DNA from: Armatimonadota bacterium
GTDB lineage: Bacteria; Armatimonadota; HRBIN16
Length of the DNA stretch: 64,000 nt
Direction of reading: 5' to 3'
Assembly (NCBI GenBank): GCA_963677485.1
Contig: OY781964.1
Coordinates: 704,001 to 768,000 of the forward strand
Shown: piece after piece, positions 63,701-64,000 of the stretch
How the letters are laid out: each line of letters begins with the position of its first letter
How positions within the stretch are numbered: position 1 is the stretch's first letter
Made by a program: the position numbers and the translations under genes
Notes under the pieces: generated by a model
What the model was told of the DNA's origin: nothing
Seen by the model: the letters and a program-made list of their open reading frames with translations, nothing else
Databases searched by the model: none

Positions 63701-64000
63701 TTGTAAAAGACGATGGTCATGGCATGGACGCAAACATGACGGAACGGATGTTTGAGCCTTTCTTCAGCACGAAACTGCCCGGCAGAGGGCTTGGGCTAGC
63801 GGCGGTGTTGGGGATTGTGCGCGCTCATGGTGGGTTTGTGCAGGTAGAAAGCCTTCCTGGTGTAGGTACGACGGTGACGGTCTATATTCCCATACGTCAC
63901 AACACCGAACCCGACATCACACCCAGCAAACAACAGGGCACTAATAAGAGCAACATCATACTGATGGTCGACGATGAACCCGCTGTGCTGGATGTCGGCC
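60784..64000 (+). CDS. Membrane-bound hybrid sensor histidine kinase (TMs, PAS domains, HisKA, HATPase, receiver); runs off the window
   Basis: Frame from ATG 60784 gives QAQKYESLAVLAGGIAHDLNN, NLCMNAVEAM, DDGHGM, FEPFFSTK, GRGLGLA, ILMVDDE. Presumably absent from the ORF track because it has no stop in the window. Confidence 0.9.
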   Translation, partial: MANLWQNNLDVSAFLNGSLIIVISYLSLMISRLQRSHKWWVWLILASLLLGCASWFDILLLSSSNVAGPPWVSFVIKFVGFVCLAAFADALLKSSGGSQKFLSYAVLAASALTIYSINGGVAVATSVMYLSLFVPTCVVIGVAVWRHLRTEPPVRPASSWVFIAVSILLAVSNILLPLRTLSPYIVITERIEITVLAWSSLIHILTLLLCICGMLMHLRFLSSTPANRDYFNRVLVTTCVAVVASGGFSICAYTSGISAINKAYESVMQSSNSLADQLQTTKSLGRRAASSERYGMLFNTMINTPALQSLRLVHGAATNGEYDQIVAVDSPTLNLGWPAQFKHVFILDKLDDPKNAVLTAESSHLFIVRKPFLLRIPLFMSGIILTSLWLLIGTVMASSKLLADERQLTASSIDKQQLRINKIFHCSQIGMAVLNQNGDVVEVNDATCRFLGRSNSELGGMNLNLLIWRDDYPDIQTELARISGNENEIYTTEVRFARPDTRQVWALVNLMYEPGESGEQAHIIMQLQDITSRKQDEDQLRHSWEMLQVLLNAPDYGVFLLNPDGTTLLCNENAARRCGLCMDKMAGVRPLDELSPENKEFRINQLDRVVNNAIPIRFEDATEKYTTTVAMWPVCDENGSVATVALFVQDTTEMLHNKLELARVTQQAADLKTILDRSNVMVMRSTVHGDKVVNIFIGGNLNMLGYPVEFYTAPNFRWDSILADTDNDRTQDEFWRRYHAGEQEFVLEARLCDAKSREQWYTLTVNVSHDQLGNKTGFELVVSNVNSLRVAEYETRTMEQRMIQAQKYESLAVLAGGIAHDLNNNLMTIIGNAELLLDGISADVTASLQDTLSAAQRAAKLSEQMLAFSGRGIFHLTPCHFNSLLADTIDSIRTHIPPKVKLHQHLNGDILQVLADHSQMAQVITNLCMNAVEAMTTGEGNLAISTEERYLTGNEQFGAHTGVIKPGRYVALVVKDDGHGMDANMTERMFEPFFSTKLPGRGLGLAAVLGIVRAHGGFVQVESLPGVGTTVTVYIPIRHNTEPDITPSKQQGTNKSNIILMVDDEPAVLDVG

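Overview
Bacterial chromosomal window, mostly GC-rich. The large membrane-protein family at 8.4-10.4 kb and the secreted 'stalk-domain' proteins suggest an Armatimonadota-like organism, but that is inference only. Housekeeping genes: aspC-like aminotransferase, rnc, guaB, VKOR/DsbA, tRNA-Met, hisS, aspS, rex, OGG1-like glycosylase, ferredoxin-NADP reductase, serC, thyX and a hybrid kinase running off the end. Accessory content: glycoside hydrolases (GH99/71-like, two tandem GH106-like, GH43), a complete N-ATPase operon next to phosphoketolase, and a gamma-glutamyl ligase/hydrolase operon. Main findings: (1) a complete IS110 (IS621-like) element at 16946-18759 whose bridge RNA guides can be read directly. 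They match its own junctions and a GTAG-family REP target, and a sigma70 promoter forms only on circularisation. (2) RNase III fused to a NahK/APH-like kinase. (3) A frameshifted, secreted FlgD-Ig plus clan-CD-protease-like gene, with an 11-bp tandem repeat in its leader, paired with a PepSY-like/stalk-domain gene; three more paralogues of that partner form a separate tandem array (possible protease-inhibitor or toxin-immunity system). (4) At least two families of dispersed palindromic repeats.
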